A stretch of 62,392 nucleotides of DNA, counting the filler. It is 9 parts of 9 records of this genome, joined end to end, with 100 filler letters (N's around TTAATTAATTAA, not from the genome) between each part and the next. Parts side by side here need not be neighbours in the genome. Positions count along the whole stretch, not along the records: positions 29,129 to 36,492 come from SRR31156797_13488; positions 36,593 to 42,671 come from SRR31156797_13508; 7 more parts are not named here. One strand, written 5' to 3'. Positions 29,759 to 39,260 of the stretch are shown here, piece by piece; positions within the stretch are counted from its first letter, which is position 1, and the number at the start of each line of letters is the position of its first letter. The notes beneath the pieces are model-generated. The model ran no database searches. It was not told where the DNA came from and saw only the letters and a list, made by a program, of their open reading frames with translations. Position numbers and translations under genes: made by a program.

Positions 29759-30457
29759 TTAAATTTTGCTGCATTCAATAAACAAGAAGTTAGGTTTTGT
29801 TGAAAGTCTTTTGTAGGTTGCCGGGTTGAGGTTTTGTATTTCTTTTCGCGGTGTTCCTTCGTTCAAACCGGTAATACAAAGGCCTGTCTGGGTGATCGCG
29901 GCAAATAGCTCGGTAAGTGGCCGACGGTAAAATGATACTTCAACCGGATCGCCGATTACATCCCATTTTTCGGTGACCAGTTCTCGCTTAAAGTAGTCTC
30001 CAGAAACCGAGGCTTCAAAATCAAGCACCGGATGGTGTGTGGAGAAAATGAAAAATCCATTAGGCTTTAAAACCCGGCTGATATCGGCGAAGAGCTGGCT
30101 TAAGTCCTTAAGATAATGAATGGTTAGGGCACTGATTACAATGTCAAAGCTGGCATCCTGTTCTGCTGGCAAACCTTTGGAAATATCTTGCGCATAGCAC
30201 TTGAGATTTTCCGGGGATTGTTGTTGCAGCAGATCAATCATCTTTTGCGAAATGTCGATTGCGGTAACGTTGGCTCCTTGTTTCAACAAATGACGGGAAT
30301 GTTCGCCTGAGGCACATCCAAGGTCTAGCACGGTTTTACCGTTGAGATCAGGTAGCATGGCCTGTAGTGAAGGGCGCTCAAAAAGGGCGTTGTAAATATT
30401 ATTTTTGATTGCCTCACTGTATTCAAAGGCATGATCGGTATATAGTTTGTTTTTCAT
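29759..30457 (-). CDS. Class I SAM-dependent methyltransferase
   Basis: VLDLGCASG, AIDIS, RVLKPNG. Confidence 0.9.
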   Translation of the reverse strand: MKNKLYTDHAFEYSEAIKNNIYNALFERPSLQAMLPDLNGKTVLDLGCASGEHSRHLLKQGANVTAIDISQKMIDLLQQQSPENLKCYAQDISKGLPAEQDASFDIVISALTIHYLKDLSQLFADISRVLKPNGFFIFSTHHPVLDFEASVSGDYFKRELVTEKWDVIGDPVEVSFYRRPLTELFAAITQTGLCITGLNEGTPRKEIQNLNPATYKRLSTKPNFLFIECSKI

Positions 30458-30545
30458 TTTCTGTAACGGTTTGTTGAACTAAAAGGGAGCCTATGTCTCA
30501 TGATCTTTGAATTAATGTCAACAATGACCGGTAAGTATGTGTGGA

Positions 30546-32057
30546 TCAGTCAATTTTGCTTGTTCGGCCGAAAAGTTCTGTCATTTCGCCGAGTCTTTCA
30601 CGGATAAGCGGGGTCAACTGTCCGGGAGTAAGTTTCCAGCCCCAGTTGCCGTCAGCTTCTCCGGGAACGTTCATGCGCGCCTTACCGTCAAGGCTGAGCA
30701 AGTCCTGCACCTGAATGACGCATAAGCAACCTACGCTGGACATGAGCAGCCTGATCAGTTCCCATGATATCTTGGCGTCATCTATCCAGTTGTTGCCGAG
30801 ATAGGAAAGTAAATGCTTGCGGCTGACTTCGTCCGCATCTTCGAGGAACCAACCCCGGTTGGTATTGTTATCGTGGGTTCCGGTGTAGACCACGGAGTTG
30901 CGTTTGTGGTTGTGCAGGGCGTCGCCGCAATAGCCTATGTCATCCCCGAAGGAAAATTGCAGGATATTCATGCCCGGAAGCTGGAAGCGGTCCTTGAGCC
31001 AGATTACATCGGGTGTGATATGGCCGAGGTCTTCGGCAATAATTCGTAGGCAGCCCATTTCTTCGGTGAGTTTTTCAAAAAGTTGATGTCCGGGGGCAGG
31101 GACCCAATAGCCTTCCATGGCGGTCTCGGCCTCGGCGGGAACTTCCCAGTAGGCTGAAAACCCCCGGAAATGGTCAAGGCGTACCCAGTGATAAAGGCCG
31201 AGATTGTGCCTCATGCGGCTGATCCACCATCCGAAACCGTCCTTCTGGAGTACTTCCCAATTGTAAACCGGATTGCCCCAGAGCTGGCCTTTTTCGCTGA
31301 AGTAATCAGGTGGAACTCCGGCTACGCAATACGCTTCGCCTTGCTCGTCTAGCTTGAAAATATTGCGGTTGGCCCAGACATCGGAGCTGTCATGGGTGAC
31401 GTAGATAGGTACATCGCCGATAAGTTCCACCCCGAGTTCATCAAGATGGTCCTTAAGCTGGCCCCATTGGCGGAAGAAAATCCATTGGCAGAATTTTACA
31501 TACAGAATTTCGCGGTAGAGCTTTTCACCCCAATGACGCAAGCCGTCCTCGGTACGGTCACGGATGTCTTCCGGCCATGTAACCCAGCTTTCGCCTTTGA
31601 AATGTTTTTTCAGGGCAGTAAAGAGAGCAAAATCGTTGACCCAGTGCATATTATCCCAGATGAACTGGTTGAATATTACATCATCAAGAAGATTGTTGGC
31701 TACCCGTGCAAAGGCTTTGCGCAATAACTCTTCTTTGACTTGAGCGGCTGTTTCAAAGTCCGCATGATCAGAATCGGGCAGGGTGTGCTGAAGAATCTCT
31801 TCATATTCCAGCAGGTCGTATTCAACCATCAGTTCCGGGCTGATTAATAGAGGGTTGGCCGCAAAAGCTGAAAATCCGGAATATGGTGAATTACAGAGAT
31901 CCGGAGCAGTCGGTGTGATGGGCAGTACCTGCCAGAACCGTTGTCCGGCTTCGGCTAGAAAGTCTGCGAAATCATATGCCGCCGGCCCCAGATCGCCGAC
32001 ACCGAACCTGGAAGGCAGGGATGTGAAATGCAAAAGAATGCCGCTGGAACGTTTCAT
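30546..32057 (-). CDS. malQ: 4-alpha-glucanotransferase (GH77)
   Basis: GILLHFTSLP, GQLWGNP, RLDHFRGF, IAEDLG, YTGTHDN. Confidence 0.95.
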   Translation of the reverse strand: MKRSSGILLHFTSLPSRFGVGDLGPAAYDFADFLAEAGQRFWQVLPITPTAPDLCNSPYSGFSAFAANPLLISPELMVEYDLLEYEEILQHTLPDSDHADFETAAQVKEELLRKAFARVANNLLDDVIFNQFIWDNMHWVNDFALFTALKKHFKGESWVTWPEDIRDRTEDGLRHWGEKLYREILYVKFCQWIFFRQWGQLKDHLDELGVELIGDVPIYVTHDSSDVWANRNIFKLDEQGEAYCVAGVPPDYFSEKGQLWGNPVYNWEVLQKDGFGWWISRMRHNLGLYHWVRLDHFRGFSAYWEVPAEAETAMEGYWVPAPGHQLFEKLTEEMGCLRIIAEDLGHITPDVIWLKDRFQLPGMNILQFSFGDDIGYCGDALHNHKRNSVVYTGTHDNNTNRGWFLEDADEVSRKHLLSYLGNNWIDDAKISWELIRLLMSSVGCLCVIQVQDLLSLDGKARMNVPGEADGNWGWKLTPGQLTPLIRERLGEMTELFGRTSKID

Positions 32058-32157
32058 TATATATCTCCTTCTTGCTCTGCAAAATCTGCTGCAGCTACGC
32101 TGACCTTAACATTATCATATTGCAAGGCAAGGGGGGAGATGTCCACACGATATCTTT

Positions 32158-33951
32158 TTATCTGATTGAAATATCCTCAGACCTGACCATTAATTCAGAG
32201 TGAAGGAAAAGTGCGAAGGATTGTCCTGTGATTTTCACTTTCCCATCCGGAGGCAGAATTCCCGGCAGGGCTGCTGCGTTCCCGGCATAAGAGCTGGATG
32301 CGCTGTAAAGCTCTGTGGTCCAAACTCCTTCCGGGAGGTATCCGGCTATGCTGTTTTCTGTTTCAGTTTTAGTGAAGTTGAAGATCACTGCTGCGTATTT
32401 TTTGTCTCCGGATGTGGGGTTGCGGAAAATCAGGATTGTTCCCGGTGATATTTCCTGCACCTGACATCTGCTGCGGCAGGGTTCGTGGATGGTAGGGTGT
32501 TCCTGTCTAATTTTGAGTAGTTTGCGGTAAAGGGCGAGCATTGCACGTCCTTGATCGCTTTCAATATTCATCCAATCCAAACAGCACTCATTAGGGCAGT
32601 GTCCATTTTGCGAGTCATTAAAATAGTTGAAAGGTGCTCTTTCTCCATATTCTTCACCCATGAAAATCATTGGTACATAGGGTGAAAGCAGGGTCGCCCC
32701 GGCACTGAGCTTAGCAGCTTCAAATCCTGCTTTTTCAATGATCCGGCATCTTGATTCGTGACAGTCATTTTCTTCGTGACCTTGAGAATAGACGACGAAT
32801 TTGCAGCCGCTGAGTTCTGATTTGCTGCGACCCTGAAGTCTTAGGTAATGATTTGAAATTTCGCCCCTGTAGGCAAAACCGTACTGCATTGCCGAAACCA
32901 TGCGCTCCGGGTCGGAATAATCTTTGAAATGTCCTTCTTGACTTCCGGTTACCTGACTTTGCAGTGCACTATAAAAGTCATCATTATACAGGGCGTCCAG
33001 ACCATAGCCGCCTTGTTCCGGTGGCAAAACAGGGCGCAGGGCATTGCGCTTGTCTCCATTGATCAGCACGCATGTTCTGTTGTTCTGGCTGGCAAATTCC
33101 TTGATCCGGGTGGCCAGTTCTTCGAGAAAATGGATGGGGGTCTGGTCGAAAATTTGATCGGCATCTTTGATGCGTAATCCGTCAACACGATAGTCGCGCA
33201 ACCACGAAAGAGCGCATTGGATGTAAAAGTCACGGACTCCGTAGCTGTATTTTTCATCGAAATTTATAGCCCGTCCATTGTGAGCATTGTATTTTTTGCT
33301 GAAAAAAGGTGCGTAAGCAGGTTCAAGGCTCGCCACCGGAATCAGGCTGCCGAAAGATACATCCAGTATAACCGCAATACCATTCAAATGGCATCGTTTA
33401 ATCAGTGTCTTTAAATCATCAGGTTTTCCGTATGGCGGATGCACCGCATAAGGGTATGTGGTTTCGTATCCCCAGCCCTGCGTGCCAGCAAAACTGGACA
33501 CAGGCATGAGTTGCAGGGTGTTGATTCCCAGTTCACTAAGGTAATCCAGTCTGGATACGAGTCCCTGAAAATTTTTTTCAGGGCTGAACATGCCTACATG
33601 AGCTTCATAAATAATCATTTTGCTCATGGGCAGGCCGGAAAAATTGTCCCCTTCCCAGTCAAAAAAATGGTGGTCGACAACGGCGGAGGCATCTTTCAGT
33701 TCGGCAGGTTGCCACAAAGATGCCGGATCGGGGATGGCTGGACCATCATCTAATACATAAGAATAGAGCTCTCCGGGCTGGATCTCTTCTAAGGTTGTTT
33801 CATGAAAACCATAGCGAACCGGAGTTAAATTGTGAGTCTTGTTTTGTTGATTTTGTGTTTTTATTTTAACCTGTTGGGCATGCGGGGCGAAAATTCGAAA
33901 AGAACATTTCCCATCTTCCTGAAGCCGTGCTCCGAAGTATTTTTCATTCAT
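32158..33951 (-). CDS. TreZ-like GH13 protein (CBM48 + TIM barrel) with degenerate catalytic motifs
   Basis: PDPAS, IYEAHVG, LMPV..WGY, FMGEEYGE; regions I-IV read SFGS, RIKD, INGD, QGHE. Confidence 0.8.
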   Translation of the reverse strand: MNEKYFGARLQEDGKCSFRIFAPHAQQVKIKTQNQQNKTHNLTPVRYGFHETTLEEIQPGELYSYVLDDGPAIPDPASLWQPAELKDASAVVDHHFFDWEGDNFSGLPMSKMIIYEAHVGMFSPEKNFQGLVSRLDYLSELGINTLQLMPVSSFAGTQGWGYETTYPYAVHPPYGKPDDLKTLIKRCHLNGIAVILDVSFGSLIPVASLEPAYAPFFSKKYNAHNGRAINFDEKYSYGVRDFYIQCALSWLRDYRVDGLRIKDADQIFDQTPIHFLEELATRIKEFASQNNRTCVLINGDKRNALRPVLPPEQGGYGLDALYNDDFYSALQSQVTGSQEGHFKDYSDPERMVSAMQYGFAYRGEISNHYLRLQGRSKSELSGCKFVVYSQGHEENDCHESRCRIIEKAGFEAAKLSAGATLLSPYVPMIFMGEEYGERAPFNYFNDSQNGHCPNECCLDWMNIESDQGRAMLALYRKLLKIRQEHPTIHEPCRSRCQVQEISPGTILIFRNPTSGDKKYAAVIFNFTKTETENSIAGYLPEGVWTTELYSASSSYAGNAAALPGILPPDGKVKITGQSFALFLHSELMVRSEDISIR

Positions 33952-34077
33952 AAATGTGCCCGTAATAAAAATATTTTGTTTTTACGCAAATAATAATGTA
34001 TACTGATACCAACAGTCGGCTCGTCTTTTGCATGTGATTGAGTACTTGCATCTCGTAACAGCATTAGGAGGCAGACC

Positions 34078-34431
34078 ATGAATAATCATCAACATCGTGA
34101 AGCGTCTGAGGAACGGGTCAAGATTGCTGAAGTCATGGCCGGAGAAAGCGCAATACTCCATGAACTGGATTTTCAGGATGTAGCAATTTCCACCCACGCA
34201 GTACGTACCCTGCGGAAAGCTGCCGTTGCAGTGATGCAAAGATTTATGCCTGGTAGTCGCCCCGAGACATTGACCAATTCGCAAGCAATAGCCTTTTTCA
34301 TAGATCGTGTGTTTTGGGATCAGGATACAAAGGGGTTGATACTGTGTGCCGACGTTGACAAGCGCAGTTTCTGTATCCCAATCCCAAGGGATCATTGGCA
34401 TATGAAAGCCGATCTTGGAACTATTCAATAG
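34078..34431 (+). CDS. Hypothetical protein
   Basis: AGGAGG RBS, 117 aa, followed by terminator. Confidence 0.75.
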   Translation: MNNHQHREASEERVKIAEVMAGESAILHELDFQDVAISTHAVRTLRKAAVAVMQRFMPGSRPETLTNSQAIAFFIDRVFWDQDTKGLILCADVDKRSFCIPIPRDHWHMKADLGTIQ

Positions 34432-34462
34432 TTAAATTTAGAACGGTTGACAAGTAAAAAAT

Positions 34463-34491
34463 AAAAGCAGGCAGTTTTTGTCTGCTTTTTT
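34463..34491 (+). terminator. Rho-independent terminator
   Basis: AAAAGCAGGCA..TGTCTGCTTTTTT. Confidence 0.65.
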
Positions 34492-34628
34492 ATTTCTTAT
34501 AATATATAGAGTTATCTATTGTCGAGTGCGGAGAAGTAAAAAATGTAAAATATATGTAACTATAGAGTAACACACGTGAGCGCATGCCCGGCTATTGTTT
34601 ATGAAAATTTAATAGCAGGGAGTTGCCG

Positions 34629-36455
34629 ATGGTTCGTGAAACATGTTCTGATCTGTTCAGTTTAAAATCTCCGTTTGAGGACCCGCTCAGGGGAGCTTTG
34701 TTTTCCCTGATGGAAAAGCCTTTGTCACACCTTTTGTGCCTGCCCCGTTTGAATTCCCTATACAATCTGGTGCATGATGAAAGACATTGGGTTGAAAAGG
34801 ATCATGAGGATTTTGTCAGTAAGGCTCTTAATTTGTTAGGAGTTCGTGTAGAGCTGGATAGTAAAGGGCTGAAAGGTGTTTCGAAATGCGGCCCTTCTGT
34901 AGTCGTAGCCAATCATCCTTTCGGCATAGTTGAAGGTCTTGTCCTAATACAGATGCTTAAGGCTGTGCGTTCTGATGTCAAAATTATGGCCAATTTCATG
35001 CTTGGTCTTATTCCGGAAATGAAGGAACACCTTATTGCGGTGGACCCTTTTGGACGTAAAGATTCACATCTGGGTAATATCTCGGGTCTTAAGGAAGTGG
35101 TGAAATGGGTGCGGTCCGGGGGAATGCTGGCTGTATTCCCTGCCGGAGAGGTAGCCAGCCTGAATATCAAGGGAGCCAAGGTTGAAGACCCGGTCTGGAG
35201 TCCCACTGTGGGCGGGCTTATCAAGCGAACCGGAGCCAGCGCCACTCCCGTATTCTTCAACGGCTGTAATAGTTTTCTCTTCCAAGCTGCGGGTATGGTT
35301 CATCCCTCATTGCGAACTGTTCTGTTGCCTCGCGAAAATTTGAAAAAAAAAACAGGGCCCGTGGAATACGCTGTAGGCAATACAATCAGCGGCGACCGAC
35401 TGGCGTCCTTTGATAGTAAACAGGAATTAATGGAATATCTGCGTTTTCGCACTTACAGCCTGCGTTCACGCTTTAAAAAGAAAAAGATGGCCTTGCCTGT
35501 TTTTAAAAGAAAAGAAAAACCTATCAGTGACCAGACCGCACAGCGCAGGATCATTACTGAGCTGACTATGCTTGGACGGGAATCAATGCTGGTGGAGAAT
35601 AACGAGTTTGTAGTTCACGAGGTGCACGCAGCCGATTGTCCCTATATTCTGCACGAGATTGGACGTTTGCGTGAAAAGACCTTTCGGCAAGTGGGAGAGG
35701 GGACTGGGCTGGCTGTGGATGTGGATCGTTTTGACAATACCTTTATTCATCTAGTGCTCTGGCACAAGGAAAGCCGGGAAATTGTCGGGGCTTACCGAAT
35801 TGCCCGTGCAGATGAACAGATTGAGCGTTTCGGACTAAATGGGGTTTACAGCCATGCCTTTTTCCGTTTTGATCCCAAGTTTTTTGATAAGGTGAGTCCG
35901 GCCCTTGAGTTGGGCAGATCCTTTATTCGTCCCAGCTTTCAGAAAAATTTATATTCGTTGATGATGCTCTGGAAAGGAATTGCCGCTTATCTCGTGCGTA
36001 ATCCACAATACCGGTATTTGTTCGGTTGTGTGAGTATCTCCAATGACTATAAAAAAATATCCCGTGAATTGATTGCTGATTCGTTGCTGAAATACAAAAG
36101 TCGTTCCGATTTGGCGGGACTCATTTCCCCGGCTAGGCCATTGAAATTCAAGAAGCTCAAGGCATTGCAGAAAGCATTGCCCGGTGTGTCCTTCATTGAT
36201 GATTCTGATCTGGAGAAGGTGATACAGGATATTGAAGGGGGGGGAGGAGTCCCGGTTCTGTTGCGTCATTATTTGAAGATCGGCGGTAAGCTGGTTGGAT
36301 TCAACATTGATCCTGATTTTGGTAATGCCCTTGATGGGCTAATCGTGGTCGATCTGCTGAAAACATCAGAAAGAAGTCTGTTCAAGTTCATGGGTAAAGA
36401 ACAAGGACGTGAGTATCTAGAGTTTCACGGTGCGAAGCGTATTAAAAGGTTCTGA
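34629..36455 (+). CDS. Acyltransferase-GNAT fusion (OlsF-like ornithine/amino-lipid synthase)
   Basis: N-terminal ANHPFG..E and FPAGEV acyltransferase motifs; C-terminal EIGRLRE.TFR.VGEGTG, LELGRSF, FNIDPDF. Confidence 0.8.
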   Translation: MVRETCSDLFSLKSPFEDPLRGALFSLMEKPLSHLLCLPRLNSLYNLVHDERHWVEKDHEDFVSKALNLLGVRVELDSKGLKGVSKCGPSVVVANHPFGIVEGLVLIQMLKAVRSDVKIMANFMLGLIPEMKEHLIAVDPFGRKDSHLGNISGLKEVVKWVRSGGMLAVFPAGEVASLNIKGAKVEDPVWSPTVGGLIKRTGASATPVFFNGCNSFLFQAAGMVHPSLRTVLLPRENLKKKTGPVEYAVGNTISGDRLASFDSKQELMEYLRFRTYSLRSRFKKKKMALPVFKRKEKPISDQTAQRRIITELTMLGRESMLVENNEFVVHEVHAADCPYILHEIGRLREKTFRQVGEGTGLAVDVDRFDNTFIHLVLWHKESREIVGAYRIARADEQIERFGLNGVYSHAFFRFDPKFFDKVSPALELGRSFIRPSFQKNLYSLMMLWKGIAAYLVRNPQYRYLFGCVSISNDYKKISRELIADSLLKYKSRSDLAGLISPARPLKFKKLKALQKALPGVSFIDDSDLEKVIQDIEGGGGVPVLLRHYLKIGGKLVGFNIDPDFGNALDGLIVVDLLKTSERSLFKFMGKEQGREYLEFHGAKRIKRF

Positions 36456-36592
36456 AGGTGATGGCGTCTGGGGAAGGGGAAACTCTTGCAAGNNNNNNNN
36501 NNNNNNNNNNNNNNNNNNNNNNNNNNNNNNNNNNNNTTAATTAATTAANNNNNNNNNNNNNNNNNNNNNNNNNNNNNNNNNNNNNNNNNNNN

Positions 36593-37150
36593 AACAGTTG
36601 TTTCTTCGATATATTCACCAAGCTCTAACATAGCATTTGTAGAGTTAGCAGCTAAATAATCTTTTCTATATAAAGAAATCCCAACTGCTGCACTTTCTAA
36701 TACTTTTGAAGTAAGTCCTTCCTCAAAAAGTTCTTTACTTCCTTCAATTAATAAAGGTGCTGCAGCAACAGAAGAAACTGTAGCTTTTATTAAATCATTT
36801 TTTGTAAATCTTTCTGCAAGTAAAGCAGAACTAGCTCGAACAATTCCTTTTATGCTAGGGTCTTCATCACTAACACAAGAAACGCACACAGCTTCATTTT
36901 TACATGATTCTAATAAATCATCAAGAGTTAAATCTTTTAATCTCTTTTCTACTGTTTCTAAAACTTTAGAATCTTCAAAGTTAACAACAACACTTTTTGC
37001 TAACTTATTAACTCTTACACTTTCTACACCTTCTAATTTCTCTAAATCTTTTTTTAATATATTTTCATCAATATATTTATCATCTAGTAAAGAGTATTTG
37101 TATCTAACCCTTGAATTAGTTTGGTGTACTATTTTAAATTTATTACTCAT
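36593..37150 (-). CDS. Heavy-metal P1B-type ATPase N-terminus (P1B-6/FezB-like), truncated
   Basis: IVH...RVRY HMA-like domain without CxxC, VESVRVN, TM region ending MLELGEYIEE; catalytic domains lie beyond the contig edge. Confidence 0.7.
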
Positions 37151-37152
37151 AA

Positions 37153-37554
37153 CTATTGGTTTTGGTTTGCTTCCATTTGTGCTTTTGCATCTTCATATCG
37201 CTCTTTTAATTCTTCCATTCCAGCTTGAAATAGTTCAGTTCCTTTTGAAGCTGCTTTCATAATAGTCTCTTGAGCACCTTTATTTGTTAATAGAAAAGTT
37301 ACAGCTGCTCCAACTAAAGCACCTTTTACAAAATCAGAATTATTAAATAATCCTTGATTTTGTGGGTTTTGTTGAGGGTTTCCAAACTGTTGATTTTGAT
37401 TAATATATGGATTTTGATTTATATTCATAGAAGGAGTTGCTCCAACTCTTGTATTATCAATATTTGGGTCATACATATTTTGTTGATTCATATTATTCAT
37501 TTGATTTTGATTTACATTCATATTTTGTGGGTTTTGATTTCCATTTTGATTCAT
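37153..37554 (-). CDS. Small membrane protein with N/Q-rich N-terminus and GxxxG helix (Fez-like)
   Basis: ~70-aa N/Q/M-rich tract, FVKGALVGAAVTFLL, C-terminal GMEELKERYEDAKA. Confidence 0.75.
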   Translation of the reverse strand: MNQNGNQNPQNMNVNQNQMNNMNQQNMYDPNIDNTRVGATPSMNINQNPYINQNQQFGNPQQNPQNQGLFNNSDFVKGALVGAAVTFLLTNKGAQETIMKAASKGTELFQAGMEELKERYEDAKAQMEANQNQ

Positions 37555-37917
37555 CTATTGCTCCTTTGCAATTAATGTTGCTTCTTCACAACATTCATCT
37601 TCACTAGGTTTATTTAGTTTATCATCTAAAACTTCTAATGCATAAATTCCTGCCATTCCAATAGAAATAGTAGTCATTGCTTTAAAGAATCCACCCTTTT
37701 GAGATAAATAATCAGCAGTAGCAACAGCAGCTCCTGTTGCAATTGCTCCCTGAGAAGTTCTTTTTAAAGTATCTTTTACTGCTTCTTTTGTAGTAATTTC
37801 TTCATTTTTAACTTTTCTCATATTAATAGTACTTGATGCAACAGCTGAAGCGATTGCTCCAGTTATTACACTTCTTAAAACAGGATTTGATGGATTATTA
37901 ATTAAAGGTTGGTTCAT
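37555..37917 (-). CDS. Small membrane protein, MamC-like (Fez-like)
   Basis: Ala/Gly-rich helices flanking a KVKNEEITTKEAVKD loop. Confidence 0.65.
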   Translation of the reverse strand: MNQPLINNPSNPVLRSVITGAIASAVASSTINMRKVKNEEITTKEAVKDTLKRTSQGAIATGAAVATADYLSQKGGFFKAMTTISIGMAGIYALEVLDDKLNKPSEDECCEEATLIAKEQ

Positions 37918-38180
37918 TATTTAAAGTCCTCTTCTTTTTCTTTATTATTTTCTTTCTCTAACTTTTGCTGCTCTTTTTTCTCTTTAATACAAGCAGCTGT
38001 TGCGTTGATAGTATCTTTTACCTCATCAACAGTCTCTTTACTTTTTTCGATTGAAGTATTAGCTACATCCTTTGATTTTGAAAATAGTGATGTTGCTTTT
38101 TCTTTTAACTTATCTGATTTTGTAAAAGCATATACTGCCCCTGCTCCTACTGCTATTCCTAATACAAATGGTAAAGCCAT
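37917..38180 (-). CDS. Small YtxH-like/GxxxG membrane-anchored protein
   Basis: PFVLGIAVGAGAVYAF plus charged coiled tail. Confidence 0.7.
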   Translation of the reverse strand: MALPFVLGIAVGAGAVYAFTKSDKLKEKATSLFSKSKDVANTSIEKSKETVDEVKDTINATAACIKEKKEQQKLEKENNKEKEEDFK

Positions 38181-38183
38181 GAC

Positions 38184-38861
38184 TTACTCCTTATCTTTTT
38201 TATTCATGTAGTCATTAAAAAATGCAACCCCTGCTGCACCTAGTGCTGCTCCTGAAAGCATTGAAAGATTTAATTTAGAAAATAGGTTTGTTAATTTTGT
38301 TTCATCCATGTTTCCATTTAACATATCTTCTAATATCATTTGATACTCACCAATTTTTTCCATTACTTGTTCTTGGTTAAAACCTTGCACATCATTTGCT
38401 GTTGAGTAATGATTTAAAATACAGTTTCTAAAAGCTGGTAAATGATTGTTGTATGAGTGTGCTTGTAGTTGATAGAAAACATCTCTTATGTCTGCTTCTT
38501 GAACATGAGTTAAAAGATTATCATACATAGCGATATTTTGAATCTCACTTGCCACACCTAATTCACAAGCTTCAACAAAACTATTTGGTGCTTCAATTTT
38601 TAAATGCCAATCATTAACTGGCACTTCCACATTATACTTTTGTAATAAAAAGATTAAAGCTTGGTAATGCCTAGCTTCAGACTCTTTTATATGTACAAAA
38701 GGTTGAACTAAACCAAACTTCTCGATTATTCTTACATATGCTTCATATGCTTTACACTCATCATAAATTGCAATTCTAAGTGCTTGAGAAATTATTGGTT
38801 GAGGATCATTTACATCTATTCTTTGGCTTATTAATAAAGCCTCATCTAAATTTGCTGGCAA
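38184..38861 (-). CDS. Ferritin-like (DUF2202) protein with C-terminal GxxxG helix
   Basis: DECKA, ESEARH, EIQNIAMYD, SYNNHLPAF; SGAALGAAGVAFF. Confidence 0.8.
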   Translation of the reverse strand: MPANLDEALLISQRIDVNDPQPIISQALRIAIYDECKAYEAYVRIIEKFGLVQPFVHIKESEARHYQALIFLLQKYNVEVPVNDWHLKIEAPNSFVEACELGVASEIQNIAMYDNLLTHVQEADIRDVFYQLQAHSYNNHLPAFRNCILNHYSTANDVQGFNQEQVMEKIGEYQMILEDMLNGNMDETKLTNLFSKLNLSMLSGAALGAAGVAFFNDYMNKKDKE

Positions 38862-39176
38862 TTACACAACCTCCTTTGCTAAACTATTTATTAACTCTGT
38901 GATTTCACTTAAGTTTCTATTTGCTATTAAATCATCCCATAGATTAGGAGGAAAAACAGTTGGGTCATAAGTGATAGTTACAGAAGCAATTATTTTTTTA
39001 ATCTTAATACTGTTTATTCCATCAATCTTTTGTGGTAAGTTTTCAATATCTTCTAAAGTGATATTTCCACTCTCATTTTTAATCTTTGGATTTACTCTTA
39101 CTCTTAGTCTTCCAGGAGTATGAGCTATAACAGTAAAATAGCTAGCTATTTTAATAATATCTTCAGTACTTATCAT
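38862..39176 (-). CDS. Stand-alone HMA2-like domain protein (FezC-like)
   Basis: IAHTPGRLRVR, GINSIK, SVTITYDP. Confidence 0.75.
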   Translation of the reverse strand: MISTEDIIKIASYFTVIAHTPGRLRVRVNPKIKNESGNITLEDIENLPQKIDGINSIKIKKIIASVTITYDPTVFPPNLWDDLIANRNLSEITELINSLAKEVV

Positions 39177-39213
39177 TTAATTCCTTTTTGTAATTATTGT
39201 ATCTTATTCTTAA

Positions 39214-39246
39214 TAATAACTTATTATAAATTTAGAATCACTATCA
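39214..39246. promoter_or_regulatory. Candidate Fur boxes upstream of the fez-like operon
   Basis: TGATAGTGATTCTAA (minus strand, 39232-39246) and TAATAACTTATTATA (39214-39228). Confidence 0.55.
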
Positions 39247-39260
39247 ACAAATGTTATTTA

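Noticed and set aside
36461-36492. Start of a second REP-like element at the contig end
   Set aside because: Truncated by the linker; structure cannot be verified
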